Numbered from the stretch's first letter, positions 9,865-21,648 are shown. The stretch: DNA of 64,000 bases from Candidatus Poribacteria bacterium (GCA_965198175.1 OZ240245.1:2160164-2224163); one strand, 5' to 3'. Translations and numbers: made by a program. Notes: generated by a model from the letters alone, not told the origin.

Positions 9865-11806
9865 TGCAGGAGCGAAGGCGAGAAAAATTCTCGGTCCCGG
9901 CGGATTGATTGCAAAACATTTAACAGACTATGAGCATCGGCCCCAGCAACTTGCAATGGCGGAAGCAGTTGGCAGCGCATTATCTCAAAAGGAACATCTT
10001 ATCGTTGAAGCTGGAACTGGTGTTGGTAAGAGTTTCGCCTACCTTGTACCTGCAATAGTATACGCTTTAGCCACCGACGAAAAGGTGGTAATCTCGACTA
10101 ATACGATTAACTTGCAAGAGCAACTGATTAACAAGGATATTCCGTTCCTCAAACAAGTGATTGGGGAGGACTTCAAAGTCGCGTTGGCCGAAGGGCGTAG
10201 CAATTACCTATCAATCCGTCGTCTCCGTCGTCATGAGGAAAAAGGGCGAGGCATTTTTGACCGAGAATCAGATTTTAATGAATTTGAGCGAATTAAGGAA
10301 TGGGCTTCCCAAACATCGGATGGAAATAAAGCATCTATTGAACCCCAACCGTCACAATCAATTTGGCTTGAGATTGCTTCGGACAGACATGATTGCCTAG
10401 GGAAAGAATGTCCGACTTACTCTAAATGCTTCTATTTCAAGATGAGGAAGCTAGTGTCTCAAGCCGACCTCATTATAACCAATCACCATCTCCTTTTTAC
10501 AGATCTGGAGATAAAAATGAAGGGAGGAAAAGGTGTTCTGCCCAACTACCTTTACCTTATCCTTGATGAGGCGCATCATATTGAGAAGGCTGTAACGAAA
10601 CAGTTTGGGATAGAGTTAAGCAACACCCGAGTGGAAAGATACCTTAATTCGCTTTACAATGTGAAAGGTACAAAGGGACTCTTTATTCGCAAAAATTCCC
10701 CGACTGAACTTGTCGAAGATACATGGAGAGCATGGGAAAATCAATTTGCAGCTATCAGGCAGTTTACTGGCGGTTTGCCAACGCGCTTAATCGAGTCTAC
10801 TTATTTTGTGGAAAACCTATTGAGCGAACCACTATCCAAAATAGGAACTCACTTAAAAAAGTTGAGCGACAATGCAGTTAGCGAAGACGACAAACAAGAA
10901 CTTTTTTCACATAAAAATAGATGCGATGATATCCGTTCCGATTTCGAGTTGATGCTTGACCATAGGCGCCACGATCATGTGTACTGGATAGAGGAAAACC
11001 AGTCTCGCAACGTGCTTCATGCAAACCCGTTAAACGTCGGCGATACTTTAAATGAGAATCTATTCCAAAAAAAGAATTCCGTAATCATGACCAGCGCCAC
11101 CCTTTCAACCAACCGGAATTTCGACCACATTCGAAAGCGGTTGGGGCTGACTCAAGCTCGTTCTTTACTTGTTGGTTCACCATTCAAATATCAACAGCAG
11201 GTCAAATATTATTGTCCCTCTGACATGCCAGACCCTAATTCTCCTCATTTCACAAAAGCCTCCGCATCGAAAATTCGCATTTATCTTGAACACACGCATG
11301 GTAAAGCATTCGTCCTTTTTACCAGTTACCGTATGATGGACGAGGTTTATCAGGAAGTGCAACCTTATGTTGAGCAACTTGGGATTGACGTAATTAAACA
11401 AGGTCAGGGGATTTCACGTAGTGCTATGTTGGCGGAGTTTAAGAAGAATTTAAATTCGGTTCTGTTCGGAACTTCCAGTTTTTGGGAGGGCGTTGATGTG
11501 CAAGGCGAATCATTGAGTTCTGTGATTATTGTCAAGTTACCCTTTGAAGTCCCTACACACCCCTTAGTCGAGGCGAAACATAAACGGATAAAAGCAAACG
11601 GCGGCGATCCCTTTTCGGAGTTAAGTTTGCCTGAAGCGATTATCCGATTCAAACAGGGGTTTGGTCGGTTAATCCGAACAAAAACTGACACGGGGATTTT
11701 CGTTGTGCTTGATCCCCGCATAAACTCCAAGGAGTACGGTAAGCAATTTTGGAAATCGCTTAACGTCCAAAAGGAGACTATCAATCCATGCATCGAGAGC
11801 GATTAA
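9851..11806 (+). CDS. dinG: ATP-dependent DNA helicase, DinG/YoaA family
   Basis: Q motif RPQQ, EAGTGVGKS, Cys cluster CLGKECP..C, DEAH, TSATL, SFWEGVD, QGFGRLIR. Confidence 0.93.
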   Translation: MKTTDAGAKARKILGPGGLIAKHLTDYEHRPQQLAMAEAVGSALSQKEHLIVEAGTGVGKSFAYLVPAIVYALATDEKVVISTNTINLQEQLINKDIPFLKQVIGEDFKVALAEGRSNYLSIRRLRRHEEKGRGIFDRESDFNEFERIKEWASQTSDGNKASIEPQPSQSIWLEIASDRHDCLGKECPTYSKCFYFKMRKLVSQADLIITNHHLLFTDLEIKMKGGKGVLPNYLYLILDEAHHIEKAVTKQFGIELSNTRVERYLNSLYNVKGTKGLFIRKNSPTELVEDTWRAWENQFAAIRQFTGGLPTRLIESTYFVENLLSEPLSKIGTHLKKLSDNAVSEDDKQELFSHKNRCDDIRSDFELMLDHRRHDHVYWIEENQSRNVLHANPLNVGDTLNENLFQKKNSVIMTSATLSTNRNFDHIRKRLGLTQARSLLVGSPFKYQQQVKYYCPSDMPDPNSPHFTKASASKIRIYLEHTHGKAFVLFTSYRMMDEVYQEVQPYVEQLGIDVIKQGQGISRSAMLAEFKKNLNSVLFGTSSFWEGVDVQGESLSSVIIVKLPFEVPTHPLVEAKHKRIKANGGDPFSELSLPEAIIRFKQGFGRLIRTKTDTGIFVVLDPRINSKEYGKQFWKSLNVQKETINPCIESD

Positions 11807-11904
11807 CCCAAAATGGGTGACCGTGAAAACAAGCGGTGAAACAACTGAAGAACCTACGAGCAAAACTAGGAGCAAACCCCGTCCACTACTGTTCATTTGT
11901 GCAC

Positions 11905-13098
11905 CTAGCACACATCCTTATAAGCTGTATAGTCCGGATCAATCTCATCAACCCGAACAGGGCGCCCTTCACGGGCTGAACGAATTGTCGCTAAGGTGCA
12001 CCGCACGGTATGTACTCCATCCTCGCCAGCGGAGCGCGGCTGACGGTCTTGCAAGATGCAGTCGATGAGGTGGTGAACCTGGTTAACATGGCCTTGGCTG
12101 TAATAACAGATATCCGACTGCCAGACATCGTCTCCGCCTTCATCGAAGCGAAAATAGCGTGTCTCTCTACCTTCTTGGTGGAGAACAAGATGCTGCTGCT
12201 GTCCTTCCCACAAGAGGTTGTGACCGCCCTCTCCTAGGACTTCAATCGCCCCCTTTTCGCCGATTATCGTCGTGCTGAAGCCTCGCATGTAGTCGTATTT
12301 TCCGTTTAACCTCTCGGCTCGCATCCAAACGCCCTGGCAATCGGTATCGTCATATTTCCATGTGATGATGGGGATATCGACCTCAGGGATTGTATATGGG
12401 TCATGATCCGCCCCGCTCTTTTTCGCATTGATTCGGCAGGTGCCTGCAACCGTGTGGACCTCAGTGATTTTCCGATCTAACATCAAGTATTCAGCTGCAG
12501 CAAAGAAATGTACTGCATGGTCGAAGATCCACGGATAATCACCACCGCCGGACTTTTCCCCATCCACGCGCCAGTGACGCGCGGCGGAATCTATATGCGC
12601 TGAACCCCTTTTCCGCTCCAGCCAAGCCCCATGCCGTTGTCGCATCTGCAAGGGGCGTCCGATTTCGCCAGCTTCAATTAACTCACGTGCTTTCATATGC
12701 GAAGTAATAAAGACATAAGTTTCGCCCACAACTAACTTTACCCCATTCCGGTGCGCGGCTTCGCAGGCTTCGAGCCCTTCGATCATACTGCGGCAGAAGG
12801 GTTTTTCACAGTGTACATGCTTTCCAGCCCCGCTAGCCTGTCGCGTCATGGCAGCGTGCAGGAAAGTCGGTGTTCCAATATCAACGGTGTTGATTGAAGC
12901 TCGTCCCAGCATGTCTTCATAAGCTGTATACACATTCGCAACGCCGTGTGTCGCTGCGAATTGTTCGGCTCTCCCTCTATCCAAATCGCAGACAGCCACG
13001 ACTTCGGCGTGTGGATGGCTTTCATACCCTTTTAAATGGGAAGTTGCCACATGTCCCAATCCGACCATACCAACCCTTACAGATTCCGAACTCATCAA
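11905..13098 (-). CDS. Gfo/Idh/MocA family oxidoreductase
   Basis: VGMVGLGHVA, GKHVHCEKP, DHAVH. Confidence 0.92.
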   Translation of the reverse strand: MMSSESVRVGMVGLGHVATSHLKGYESHPHAEVVAVCDLDRGRAEQFAATHGVANVYTAYEDMLGRASINTVDIGTPTFLHAAMTRQASGAGKHVHCEKPFCRSMIEGLEACEAAHRNGVKLVVGETYVFITSHMKARELIEAGEIGRPLQMRQRHGAWLERKRGSAHIDSAARHWRVDGEKSGGGDYPWIFDHAVHFFAAAEYLMLDRKITEVHTVAGTCRINAKKSGADHDPYTIPEVDIPIITWKYDDTDCQGVWMRAERLNGKYDYMRGFSTTIIGEKGAIEVLGEGGHNLLWEGQQQHLVLHQEGRETRYFRFDEGGDDVWQSDICYYSQGHVNQVHHLIDCILQDRQPRSAGEDGVHTVRCTLATIRSAREGRPVRVDEIDPDYTAYKDVC

Positions 13099-13148
13099 AA
13101 TATCCTCGGAGAAATGTCCGCGCGTGTTTGTTTAACTTTATGAAAGGT

Positions 13149-15062
13149 TCACTTATAACTGCGTTGGGTAGGTTCGATATTTTCAAAGGTTAGAGGTTCT
13201 TTGTGAAGAATCGGATTATGATCTTCGCCTGCGTATTCCCATGCTGCAACATACGAGAACTTCTCATCGTCGCGTTTAGCTTCGCCCTCCAGCGTTTGAC
13301 ATTCTTCACGGAAGTGGACGCCGCAGGACTCTCGGCGATGCAGGGCGTCCCGTGCCATCAATTCGCCTAATTCCAGATAATCTGCGACCCTGCCGGCGAA
13401 CTCGAGGTTCTTATTCAACGTCTCGCCACTACCTGGGATCATGACGTTTTCCCAAAATTCGTTACGCAGTCTGCAAATTTCTACTAACGTATGTTTTAGC
13501 CCTACTTCATGGCGTGATATCCCCACGCGGTTCCAGAGAACATGACCGAGTTCGCGGTGAAATTGCTTTACGGTTTTTTTGCCTTCGATGGAGAGGAGTT
13601 TTCTGATCTTCGCGTTGACTTCCGCCCCTATTTCTTTGAACGCTGGATGAGCTGTTGTGACTTTTGGGAGTTCAGCGCCGGCAAGATAATTGCCAATGGT
13701 CGAAGGGATGATGAAATACCCATCGCCTAACGTTTGCATCAAAGCGCTTGCGCCGAGACGGTTGGCGCCGTGGTCGGAGAAATTTGCTTCGCCCAACACG
13801 TGCAAACCAGGGATGGTACTCATTAAATTATAGTCTACCCACAACCCACCCATCGGGTAGTGTGCAGCCGGATAGATGCGCATCGGCATCTCGTAAGCGT
13901 TTTCGCCCGTAATTCGGTGATACATATCAAACAGGTTGCCGTATTTCTCGCTGATGTATTCTACCCCGCGTTCTTTGATGGCATCAGTAAAATCCAGATA
14001 TACAGCAAAGCCCGTTTCACCGATGCCATAACCTTCATCGCACATTGCTTTCGTGCTTCTTGATGCGATATCGCGAGGCACCAGATTTCCGTAGCTGGGA
14101 TATTGCCGCTCAAGGTAGTAATCTCTTTCTGACTCCGGAATCTCATTGTGCCGGCGCTTATCACCCTTCTTTTTCGGCAACCAAACGCGGCCATCGTTCC
14201 GAAGACTTTCACTCATCGCAGTTAGCTTCGATTGATGATTGTCGGAAACAGGGAGACACGTGGGATGAATCTGCACAAAGCATGGGTTGGCAAAGAAGGC
14301 TCCTCGCTTGTGACAGCGCCAGATAGCCGTCGCATTGGAATTCAAGGCATTCGTAGAGAGATAGTAGGCATTTCCGTAGCCGCCTGTCGCCAGGACCACG
14401 GCATCCCCCGCATGGTACTCAATTTCGCCGGTAATCAGATTTCGGGCGACAATCCCCCGGGCTTTCCCGTCAATGACGACAAGTTCCAACATCTCCCGAC
14501 GTGGATACATCTGCGCCCTTTCCGCATTGACCTGACACATTAAGGCGCCGTATGCGCCGAGCAACAATTGTTGCCCCGTTTGTCCACGACAGTAGAACGT
14601 TCGGGAAACTTGCGCGCCGCCAAAAGATCGGTTTGAAAGCAAACCGTCATACTCCCTATTAAATGGAACGCCTTGTGCTACACTCTGGTCGATAATGTTA
14701 ACGCTTATCTGCGCAAGTCGATATACATTCGCTTCCCGTGAGCGGAAATCCCCACCCTTGATGGTGTCGTAAAACAATCGCCAGATACTATCGCCGTCAC
14801 CTGCATAGTTCTTTGCCGCGTTGATACCACCTTGGGCGGCAATACTATGGGCTCTTCGAGGGGAATCCTGAATGCAGAAACTCTTAACATTGTAACCTAA
14901 ACCAGCAAGTGTGGAGGCGGCAGACGCTCCTGCCAAACCTGTGCCGACAACCAATATAGTGAATTTTCGCCTGTTAGAAGGGCTGACGAGCTTCATCTCA
15001 AATTTGTGTCTATCCCATTTTTCGGGCAGCGCTCCGCCTGGAATTTTGGCGTCGAGTTTCAT
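13149..15062 (-). CDS. sdhA: Succinate dehydrogenase/fumarate reductase flavoprotein subunit
   Basis: [43 protein letters not shown]. Confidence 0.95.
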   Translation of the reverse strand: MKLDAKIPGGALPEKWDRHKFEMKLVSPSNRRKFTILVVGTGLAGASAASTLAGLGYNVKSFCIQDSPRRAHSIAAQGGINAAKNYAGDGDSIWRLFYDTIKGGDFRSREANVYRLAQISVNIIDQSVAQGVPFNREYDGLLSNRSFGGAQVSRTFYCRGQTGQQLLLGAYGALMCQVNAERAQMYPRREMLELVVIDGKARGIVARNLITGEIEYHAGDAVVLATGGYGNAYYLSTNALNSNATAIWRCHKRGAFFANPCFVQIHPTCLPVSDNHQSKLTAMSESLRNDGRVWLPKKKGDKRRHNEIPESERDYYLERQYPSYGNLVPRDIASRSTKAMCDEGYGIGETGFAVYLDFTDAIKERGVEYISEKYGNLFDMYHRITGENAYEMPMRIYPAAHYPMGGLWVDYNLMSTIPGLHVLGEANFSDHGANRLGASALMQTLGDGYFIIPSTIGNYLAGAELPKVTTAHPAFKEIGAEVNAKIRKLLSIEGKKTVKQFHRELGHVLWNRVGISRHEVGLKHTLVEICRLRNEFWENVMIPGSGETLNKNLEFAGRVADYLELGELMARDALHRRESCGVHFREECQTLEGEAKRDDEKFSYVAAWEYAGEDHNPILHKEPLTFENIEPTQRSYK

Positions 15063-15136
15063 TACAAGTCTCCCGTAAAATTAATTGTGTCAGTAGATAA
15101 GATTTTCCCTGCAATATGATAGTACAATGTAGTCTC

Positions 15137-17059
15137 TTAATTCAACACCGGATGCCAGCCCATGTTATATACTGTAATTTTGAAAGTTGCATTGATGATG
15201 CTCCAAAGACAGCCAAAGGTGTAGTCTCCCAGTATCAAGCCCGCAAAAAACGGAATGGCGCGCCGGTATGCTTTCAAACCGCCATACCGAAGGATGCTTA
15301 ATTTGATAGCCCAGCTGATTAACACCGGCACCCAAATATAAACCATCTCTGCCGGACTCACTCCCAGCACATAACCTACCGGGTGAAACGGCCACCACAG
15401 GAATCGCATCTTCATCGCTAATAGGAGGCCGGTTATAGCCACACCGAGTCCCATAAATCCGGTTGTCACGTAGTTGTGTCCCGTCGGGAAAGTTAACCAC
15501 CCTTGAAGGCGCTGGTCAAAGATTTCCCGTCCTAGACCCGTGATGCCGGCGCCACTATGTTGATACGCGAGGCAGAGATGTATTAGAAAGCTCACCGGTA
15601 TCCCCACAGCGAAGGCGAGAATCATCGCCCAAACGAGCGTTCGATTATTGATATGGGCTTGTTCGCCAATCCGAAAAGCCTCGAGCTGATTCGGCATCGG
15701 ATGAGCGGGTTGGTCCCGATTTAATCCATAAAAGAACGCGAGCACCGTTAAGTTTCGTGGACCAATCGTCCGCGTTCCCATCGAGGTCACAAGTGTTCGC
15801 CCGGGATCTATCCATAACAACTCATGAACAGCCGCGCCAAGGCCAGCCCTAACCTTCGTTACACCAAGGGCACTGCAGCAATATATCCCCAGAAATAGCA
15901 GAAGTACCCATGAAGATAGCCCCGCCTTATAGCTAAAAAATAGGAGACATAGCAATCCTCCGCTGATGCCCAAAAGCGCGGTACGGTACGGTATCGGCTC
16001 ATTGGCATCATCTATCCGATTATTTCCTGTAAACGCTTGCGTGAAAACACGTTTTAGGTGTCTCCGTCCTACCCAAAGCGCCAGAACGCCCAGAGCTATC
16101 CACGCGCCCTGTGCCTGTTCATCCAGATACAGATTCCGCCAGCCCATCGTGGTGCCAAGGAACAGTTGTGTAAATTTCTTTAAGAAGTAGAAGAACCATG
16201 CAGAAAATGCCAAATCGAGCGGCATGAAATAGGAAAGCCCAATCACAAAGGGCTGGAAGGAGATACGTGTATAAACCATGTAGCTCCACGGCTTCTCCTG
16301 GAAATTGATTCGCTGCCACCCGATAGGGATGGAAGGGAGAAAAGGATAGAAAACGGCCAAGCCATTGAGAAGACTAATGGCGGCGGCAATGCCGAAGCCC
16401 GCCCACATAAGCTTATTTCTTAAAAACGCAACTGGATCTCGTCCCATTTCCAGCGGCATCCAGGTGATCGGATACGTAAGTCGTTCATGCTCGCTGAATT
16501 GCTTTCGGATAACCGAGTTAATGCAAATGAGGACAAAGTATAGCACAAACGTAAAGGCTGACCAATAGAGCAGCGGTCCGAGCCAAGCCTTGACGTGCAG
16601 TCGGGTAAAGAACGAGGTTTCGCCTAGAAAAAAGCCGCTGAGAACATTTTCGTCCTCGACTGTAAACCAATCGGGAACATGATGCCAGAAAAGATTCCGC
16701 CAGTCATTTTCTGCCGTAGCGAACCAGAAGGGGTGAATTAGCGGGGCTAGCAGCCGGGTCATACGATGTCCAGACACCGTTGACGCCATAACCACCATAA
16801 TGTAGATGACTAGCAGGTCTGATTCGCGCAGCACAATTGCCGACCGAAGTTTCTGCGACAGAAGGTTTATGAGAATCAGCGCAAACAAGGTGAAGACCGC
16901 ATTGCTGAACAGCGACATATAAGTGTGCGCTAGACCGAGTGTGAGGTCATTGACTGAAATCCAATAGGCATTTACGACAACCAAAATGAGCCCGAGGACC
17001 AGCACTCCAAGATTGAAGCCCCTTGACTCGTTTTTTTTGATGACAGAGAACTGATTCAC
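15137..17059 (-). CDS. Polytopic membrane protein, DUF6785/DUF6784-like
   Basis: Many TM segments; ERLTYPI, WWPFHPVGY, RYGGLKAYRRAIPFFAGLILGD. Confidence 0.7.
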   Translation of the reverse strand: MNQFSVIKKNESRGFNLGVLVLGLILVVVNAYWISVNDLTLGLAHTYMSLFSNAVFTLFALILINLLSQKLRSAIVLRESDLLVIYIMVVMASTVSGHRMTRLLAPLIHPFWFATAENDWRNLFWHHVPDWFTVEDENVLSGFFLGETSFFTRLHVKAWLGPLLYWSAFTFVLYFVLICINSVIRKQFSEHERLTYPITWMPLEMGRDPVAFLRNKLMWAGFGIAAAISLLNGLAVFYPFLPSIPIGWQRINFQEKPWSYMVYTRISFQPFVIGLSYFMPLDLAFSAWFFYFLKKFTQLFLGTTMGWRNLYLDEQAQGAWIALGVLALWVGRRHLKRVFTQAFTGNNRIDDANEPIPYRTALLGISGGLLCLLFFSYKAGLSSWVLLLFLGIYCCSALGVTKVRAGLGAAVHELLWIDPGRTLVTSMGTRTIGPRNLTVLAFFYGLNRDQPAHPMPNQLEAFRIGEQAHINNRTLVWAMILAFAVGIPVSFLIHLCLAYQHSGAGITGLGREIFDQRLQGWLTFPTGHNYVTTGFMGLGVAITGLLLAMKMRFLWWPFHPVGYVLGVSPAEMVYIWVPVLISWAIKLSILRYGGLKAYRRAIPFFAGLILGDYTFGCLWSIINATFKITVYNMGWHPVLN

Positions 17060-17244
17060 AAATAACCTTGCTTTGACGTTGGTCTCAGTTTGGCTTGTAA
17101 CATTTCACAAACCGACATTCGTGGCAATCGTCCCTCACTAAGTCGAGATAGAATACTATCTCCCTGAAGATCAATCCGCGTTGGACTTCTAGGTACAACG
17201 ATTCTGTAGGCTGGACTTTGTCAACAAACCGTTCAGAAACTCTC

Positions 17245-18324
17245 TCATGCCTCCCAGAGCAAGTTAATTGCGCTTGCCTTGATGATAATGTAACATACCA
17301 TCCCTTCTACAAGGGCAAGTTCATTGAGGGCTTCACTCGTAATCCCTATGGAAAACAGATGGTCTTCAACATCTACGGACAACATCACACGACCTCCTTG
17401 GTCAGCAATCTGCCAAATCGTCCCGCTCAAAATATTGCGAGCGCTAATAGAGAGGTGGCGATCTGTAGCGACGATAATATCCTGCGCTCTGATGGCAACG
17501 GGAACTAAGTCCCCAACCTTTACTTGGGTATAGGGTACAAACAGTTTCTGTGTTCCGAGTGCTAGTTCGGTCACGCCACGCCGTTCGTGAGACGCGACAA
17601 TCGGTAAAGAGAAGACATTTTCGACTCCCGTTAGCAGTGCGACGGGTAAAACCGAGGGTGTCATCAACAGTTTATAGGGTTCTCCGTGTGCGATGATGCG
17701 ACCGTCAGACAGCCAAAAGCCTTCATCTGCCAGTGTCATCGCTTCCGCAACGGAATGGGTCACGTAAAGGATGGGTATGTCAAAGACCTGTTTGATGTGA
17801 TATAAGTAAGGCAGGATGCGATTTTTTAATCCCAAGTCGAGGGAAGCCAACGGTTCATCCATCAATAACATCCGTGGGCACATCGCTAGTGCACGCGCCG
17901 TCGCAACCCGCTGACGCTGTCCACCGGAAAGCTGGTGGGGATAACGCGTTAAGAGGTCGCCAATCTCAAGGATGTCGATGATTAGCTCTGGATCAATCTC
18001 AAGATCTCTGCGCAATCGACGGGGGCAGCCGTAGAGGATATTTTTCTGGACAGTGAGATGCGGAAAGAGATGCCCCTCTTGAAAAACATACCCGAAACCT
18101 CGTCGCTCCGGTGGGAGTTGCACCTTCTGCTTCGATGCGTACAGTGTCTGACCGTTGAAGGAAAGCTCTCCTCCATCCGGATGCAAGATGCCGCTGATAC
18201 AGTTGAGCAGTGTACTCTTACCACTGCCCGAAGGTCCAAAAAATGCGCTGACTTTTTTGGTAATCGTGTGATCTACCTCGAGCTTAAAACTGCCAAGCTG
18301 CTTACGGAAACTGAGTTTTAACAT
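17245..18324 (-). CDS. modC: Molybdate ABC transporter ATP-binding protein
   Basis: GPSGSGKS, LSGGQRQR, DEP, TOBE motif ISARNIL. Confidence 0.92.
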   Translation of the reverse strand: MLKLSFRKQLGSFKLEVDHTITKKVSAFFGPSGSGKSTLLNCISGILHPDGGELSFNGQTLYASKQKVQLPPERRGFGYVFQEGHLFPHLTVQKNILYGCPRRLRRDLEIDPELIIDILEIGDLLTRYPHQLSGGQRQRVATARALAMCPRMLLMDEPLASLDLGLKNRILPYLYHIKQVFDIPILYVTHSVAEAMTLADEGFWLSDGRIIAHGEPYKLLMTPSVLPVALLTGVENVFSLPIVASHERRGVTELALGTQKLFVPYTQVKVGDLVPVAIRAQDIIVATDRHLSISARNILSGTIWQIADQGGRVMLSVDVEDHLFSIGITSEALNELALVEGMVCYIIIKASAINLLWEA

Positions 18325-18514
18325 AGTGTGGACGAATTCATAGATTCGGTCGGAAGCAAGCTATTATCACTATGTAAAAAGCTGTACAAACGTACGACAC
18401 ACAGGTGAAATGTGAAAACGGAATTGCTAATATACATTTCTCCTAATGGTTTACGCGACACCTAGTAAAACAACGGGCAGGATGGAAGAAACTTGAGTGA
18501 TTTTACAGAATTAT

Positions 18515-19210
18515 TCAAAACTCCGGTGTTTCCTCCTCGAAATCTTCTATTTCTTCCGTTGGCGATTCAATCTCCATTTGCTTTTCTAGAGGTTCTGTTT
18601 TCTCTTCAACTGCTTCCGCCCTTTCAGTGTTTTCGCGTTTTTTGTCATCTTTATTTTCTAATCCGTATAATTCAATTTCATGAATCAGGGTATTCGCACG
18701 CTTCACCTGACGTCCTCTCATTACACCGCTTGGTGTAGGTACACCAGGCATCCGCTGGTCATCGAATGTGCCGCCAACCTGCAATCGAATTCGATCCGTA
18801 ACGGCACTCACTCGCAAATCAAGCGTCGGCTCGCGGTTATTCTTCACCTGCTTAACCACTTTCCAATGCCCCTGACCGCCTAGTCCGCCCAGTCCCTGGT
18901 AGACGATCACGTCCTCAATGTTTGTGCCTCTGATGACAACTCGGTGAATCGGCTTTCGGGTTGGCAGTGTGACAATAATCCGGTGACCGGCTTTGTTGCC
19001 GGTTCCCAGATCGCCGTCAATCATCTCTAGCACGGGATATTCAGAATTCTTGAAGACATAAGTACACCTTGTTCCATCAAGGGCAGCATGGTTTTCACTC
19101 CAGCCCTGCGGTAAAACGAGGTTGTTTACCAAACCCGAACATCCGACTGCAAAACAGGATAAGATGAACATGAATATGTGTAGGAGATATTTCATTGCGA
19201 TTTCTGGCAA
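18515..19210 (-). CDS. Hypothetical lipoprotein, discoidin/F5-8-like core, acidic tail
   Basis: Lipobox AVGC; MIDGDLGT and IHEIELYG motifs. Confidence 0.55.
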   Translation of the reverse strand: MPEIAMKYLLHIFMFILSCFAVGCSGLVNNLVLPQGWSENHAALDGTRCTYVFKNSEYPVLEMIDGDLGTGNKAGHRIIVTLPTRKPIHRVVIRGTNIEDVIVYQGLGGLGGQGHWKVVKQVKNNREPTLDLRVSAVTDRIRLQVGGTFDDQRMPGVPTPSGVMRGRQVKRANTLIHEIELYGLENKDDKKRENTERAEAVEEKTEPLEKQMEIESPTEEIEDFEEETPEF

Positions 19211-19962
19211 GACTTTGCAAAAAGGTGTAATTCAACAGGATCGGTTTAGAGACCGTTATCCATTGACAATCCGATCGGCTCGTGATAAGATATTAAGCAG
19301 GTTTACTAAGGTGAAATAGAAGCCGGTCAGTGTTAAGTGAATGAGTTCGGAAATCAGGGGATTACAAATCCTTCTGTGCCTTCAACATCCTAATCTTCTT
19401 TGTTCATTTCATTTTTGAACCACAATTTAACAGATGCTGCTGCATAACAACCAGATTTAACAACGTTGGCTTTCCTTTTCCTGATGGTGAAGTGTAACAA
19501 AGTTTAGCTTCGTTTGCAAGCACAAAATCTCTGTACCGAAATGAGCTACCTAAGGGTATCAAAGCAACCCTTAAAGCTGACTACAATAATTGCCTTTGCG
19601 ACACGATTTCGATACGGTCCTGAATTGAGCGAATAGACCAACCCGGATAATGACATGACTCTCTTTTTCCTGATGAACCCCTCAACAGCCGAGTGAGATC
19701 TGGCAACTACTCTATTGTTAGCTTTCCTCCGTAGCAGATTGGAATCTGTTGCCTTGTTCACGTTTTGCCTGTAAACACGGACATGTATCAGGTGCGGGAT
19801 TGCCCTCTATCTCCACCCCAATAAAGTAATGGCTTCTGCGTGAACAAGGAACCTCCCACTTTTGTGGGCGAGCTATAAAACCCTTCGAACAGCCGTTATC
19901 CGTATCAATGGGCAATCCTTATTCTGCTTGCGCTTTACGGAAGAATTAGTGGGGAGAGACAG

Positions 19963-20379
19963 ATGCCATTTAGAATTTGTCCAACAGCCACTTCAGACGC
20001 ATCGACGACTTTTCAGATTGAGTTGGATCCGCGTGCGATTACAGCGATGGGGGAGATTGAAAGCTGCGGCGCACGGGGTGCGAAGCGTGAAGTAATATTG
20101 CGCAAACATCTCGGCACAGATTACGATAAGGGATACCGAGGAACAGCATGGGGGCGATTCGGATTTTCAGAAGGACTTACTCCCGCGAAACTAGCTGAAA
20201 TGCTCGTTGAACATGGAGAATCTTTTGATCCATGCGCTGAACGCGAGACATTCGATTACAGCATGATGATTAACGTCGAGTCGGAGTTGGGTTCCCAATT
20301 GGAATTTGTCTCTGAACACATATTGAACGCCATTACGGAGGCGTACAAGGGGCGGATTATCGAGCGGATAGATCATTAA
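19963..20379 (+). CDS. Hypothetical protein
   Basis: 138-aa ORF after a GGGGAG RBS; no recognised motif. Confidence 0.55.
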   Translation: MPFRICPTATSDASTTFQIELDPRAITAMGEIESCGARGAKREVILRKHLGTDYDKGYRGTAWGRFGFSEGLTPAKLAEMLVEHGESFDPCAERETFDYSMMINVESELGSQLEFVSEHILNAITEAYKGRIIERIDH

Positions 20380-20421
20380 TGATGGCATCTAGATGCTTAA
20401 TTCGACTATCTTGAGGGACCC

Positions 20422-21525
20422 GTGTTTATGGATGAAACTACAAAAATCGCCTTGATTGGAATCACACACCCGCACGCAGTTGCGCATTTGAAAACGCTTA
20501 ACTGGATTAATTCAGTTACTAGTGTTCCGATTTATGATTCAGATGAATGCGCGTTGCAGGATTTCAAGGAGAGACCGGAAGGAAAGAAGGTCGAAAAAAG
20601 TTATACCAATCTTGATGCGCTGTTAGAGCGAAGCGACGTGCGGGTGCTATTCGTCTGTCTACGCAATGACGAAACGCCTGATGTCCTCATCCGCGCGGCA
20701 GAAGCGGGAAAGCATATTGTTGTCGAAAAACCTGTCGCCCGGTGTGCTAAAGAGCTTGAACCTGCGTTGCAAGCTGTAAAGAAGGCGGGTGTCAAATTGA
20801 CGGTTTGTTTTCAGAACCGTTATCACCCTGTCTCCCAAGCAATCTACAAACTAGTCGCAGAGGGTATTTTGGGTCAGCCGATGGGCGTTGAGATACGCTT
20901 GGTTACATCTCAGGTAAAGCATCGCAACCCAGAGCATTGGTTGTTCAAAAAAGAGTCCGCCGGAGGCGGCATTCTTTCGTGGCTTGGTTGTCACTATCTA
21001 GACTTGATTTGCTACTTCATGCGGGAAGAAATTACTGAAGTCAGCGCTGTCTTGGCTACACGTAGTGGTGTAGCCATTGATGTTGAAGATTCGGCATCGC
21101 TCTCCCTACGTTTTCAGAGTGGAATGATTGGAACGCTTCAGGCGGGTTATATGTTGCCGTTCAGCGGGCAAGGCTACTTGGGACCGTCATACGATACCTA
21201 CATTGCTATTCGTGGTACAGCGGGTAATATCGTTTGGGACCCGACACAAGAGGGCACCCCTTCCTTTTCCGCCGAAAGTACGATTCCTGCGTGGGAAGCG
21301 TCTCACCATCGAACTTTCCGATACGAACTCCCCCAATGTGATGCTTATGGTGGCGTACATGGCGTGCAATTTGTCCAGGATTTTCTAGACGCAATCCAAA
21401 GAGACACTGAACCGATGATTACCGGCAGCGACATGCTTCGTGTTTTGCGCGTTATCGACGCTGCCTATGAATCGAACAAAACCGGTCGTCATGTGCAAAT
21501 TAAATGGGAAGGGCAATCCACATGA
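20422..21525 (+). CDS. Gfo/Idh/MocA family oxidoreductase
   Basis: GKHIVVEKP, GGGILSWLGCHYLD. Confidence 0.92.
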   Translation: MFMDETTKIALIGITHPHAVAHLKTLNWINSVTSVPIYDSDECALQDFKERPEGKKVEKSYTNLDALLERSDVRVLFVCLRNDETPDVLIRAAEAGKHIVVEKPVARCAKELEPALQAVKKAGVKLTVCFQNRYHPVSQAIYKLVAEGILGQPMGVEIRLVTSQVKHRNPEHWLFKKESAGGGILSWLGCHYLDLICYFMREEITEVSAVLATRSGVAIDVEDSASLSLRFQSGMIGTLQAGYMLPFSGQGYLGPSYDTYIAIRGTAGNIVWDPTQEGTPSFSAESTIPAWEASHHRTFRYELPQCDAYGGVHGVQFVQDFLDAIQRDTEPMITGSDMLRVLRVIDAAYESNKTGRHVQIKWEGQST

Positions 21526-21648
21526 ACATCATTGCATGAGTTAGGAAGAATAAGCTATGAAGCCGTTTAATCTCCTCAGTCGAGCGTGGGAAAGAGCTGA
21601 AGAGAAACCGCTTCTCGTAGGCAAAGATGGCCTATCAAGGGCAATTAT

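Noticed and set aside
9851-11806. Type IV CRISPR-associated DinG (Csf4)
   Set aside because: No csf/cas genes or array nearby.
19330-19950. Possible gene or ncRNA in the long intergenic region
   Set aside because: Only short ORFs without recognisable motifs or structure.
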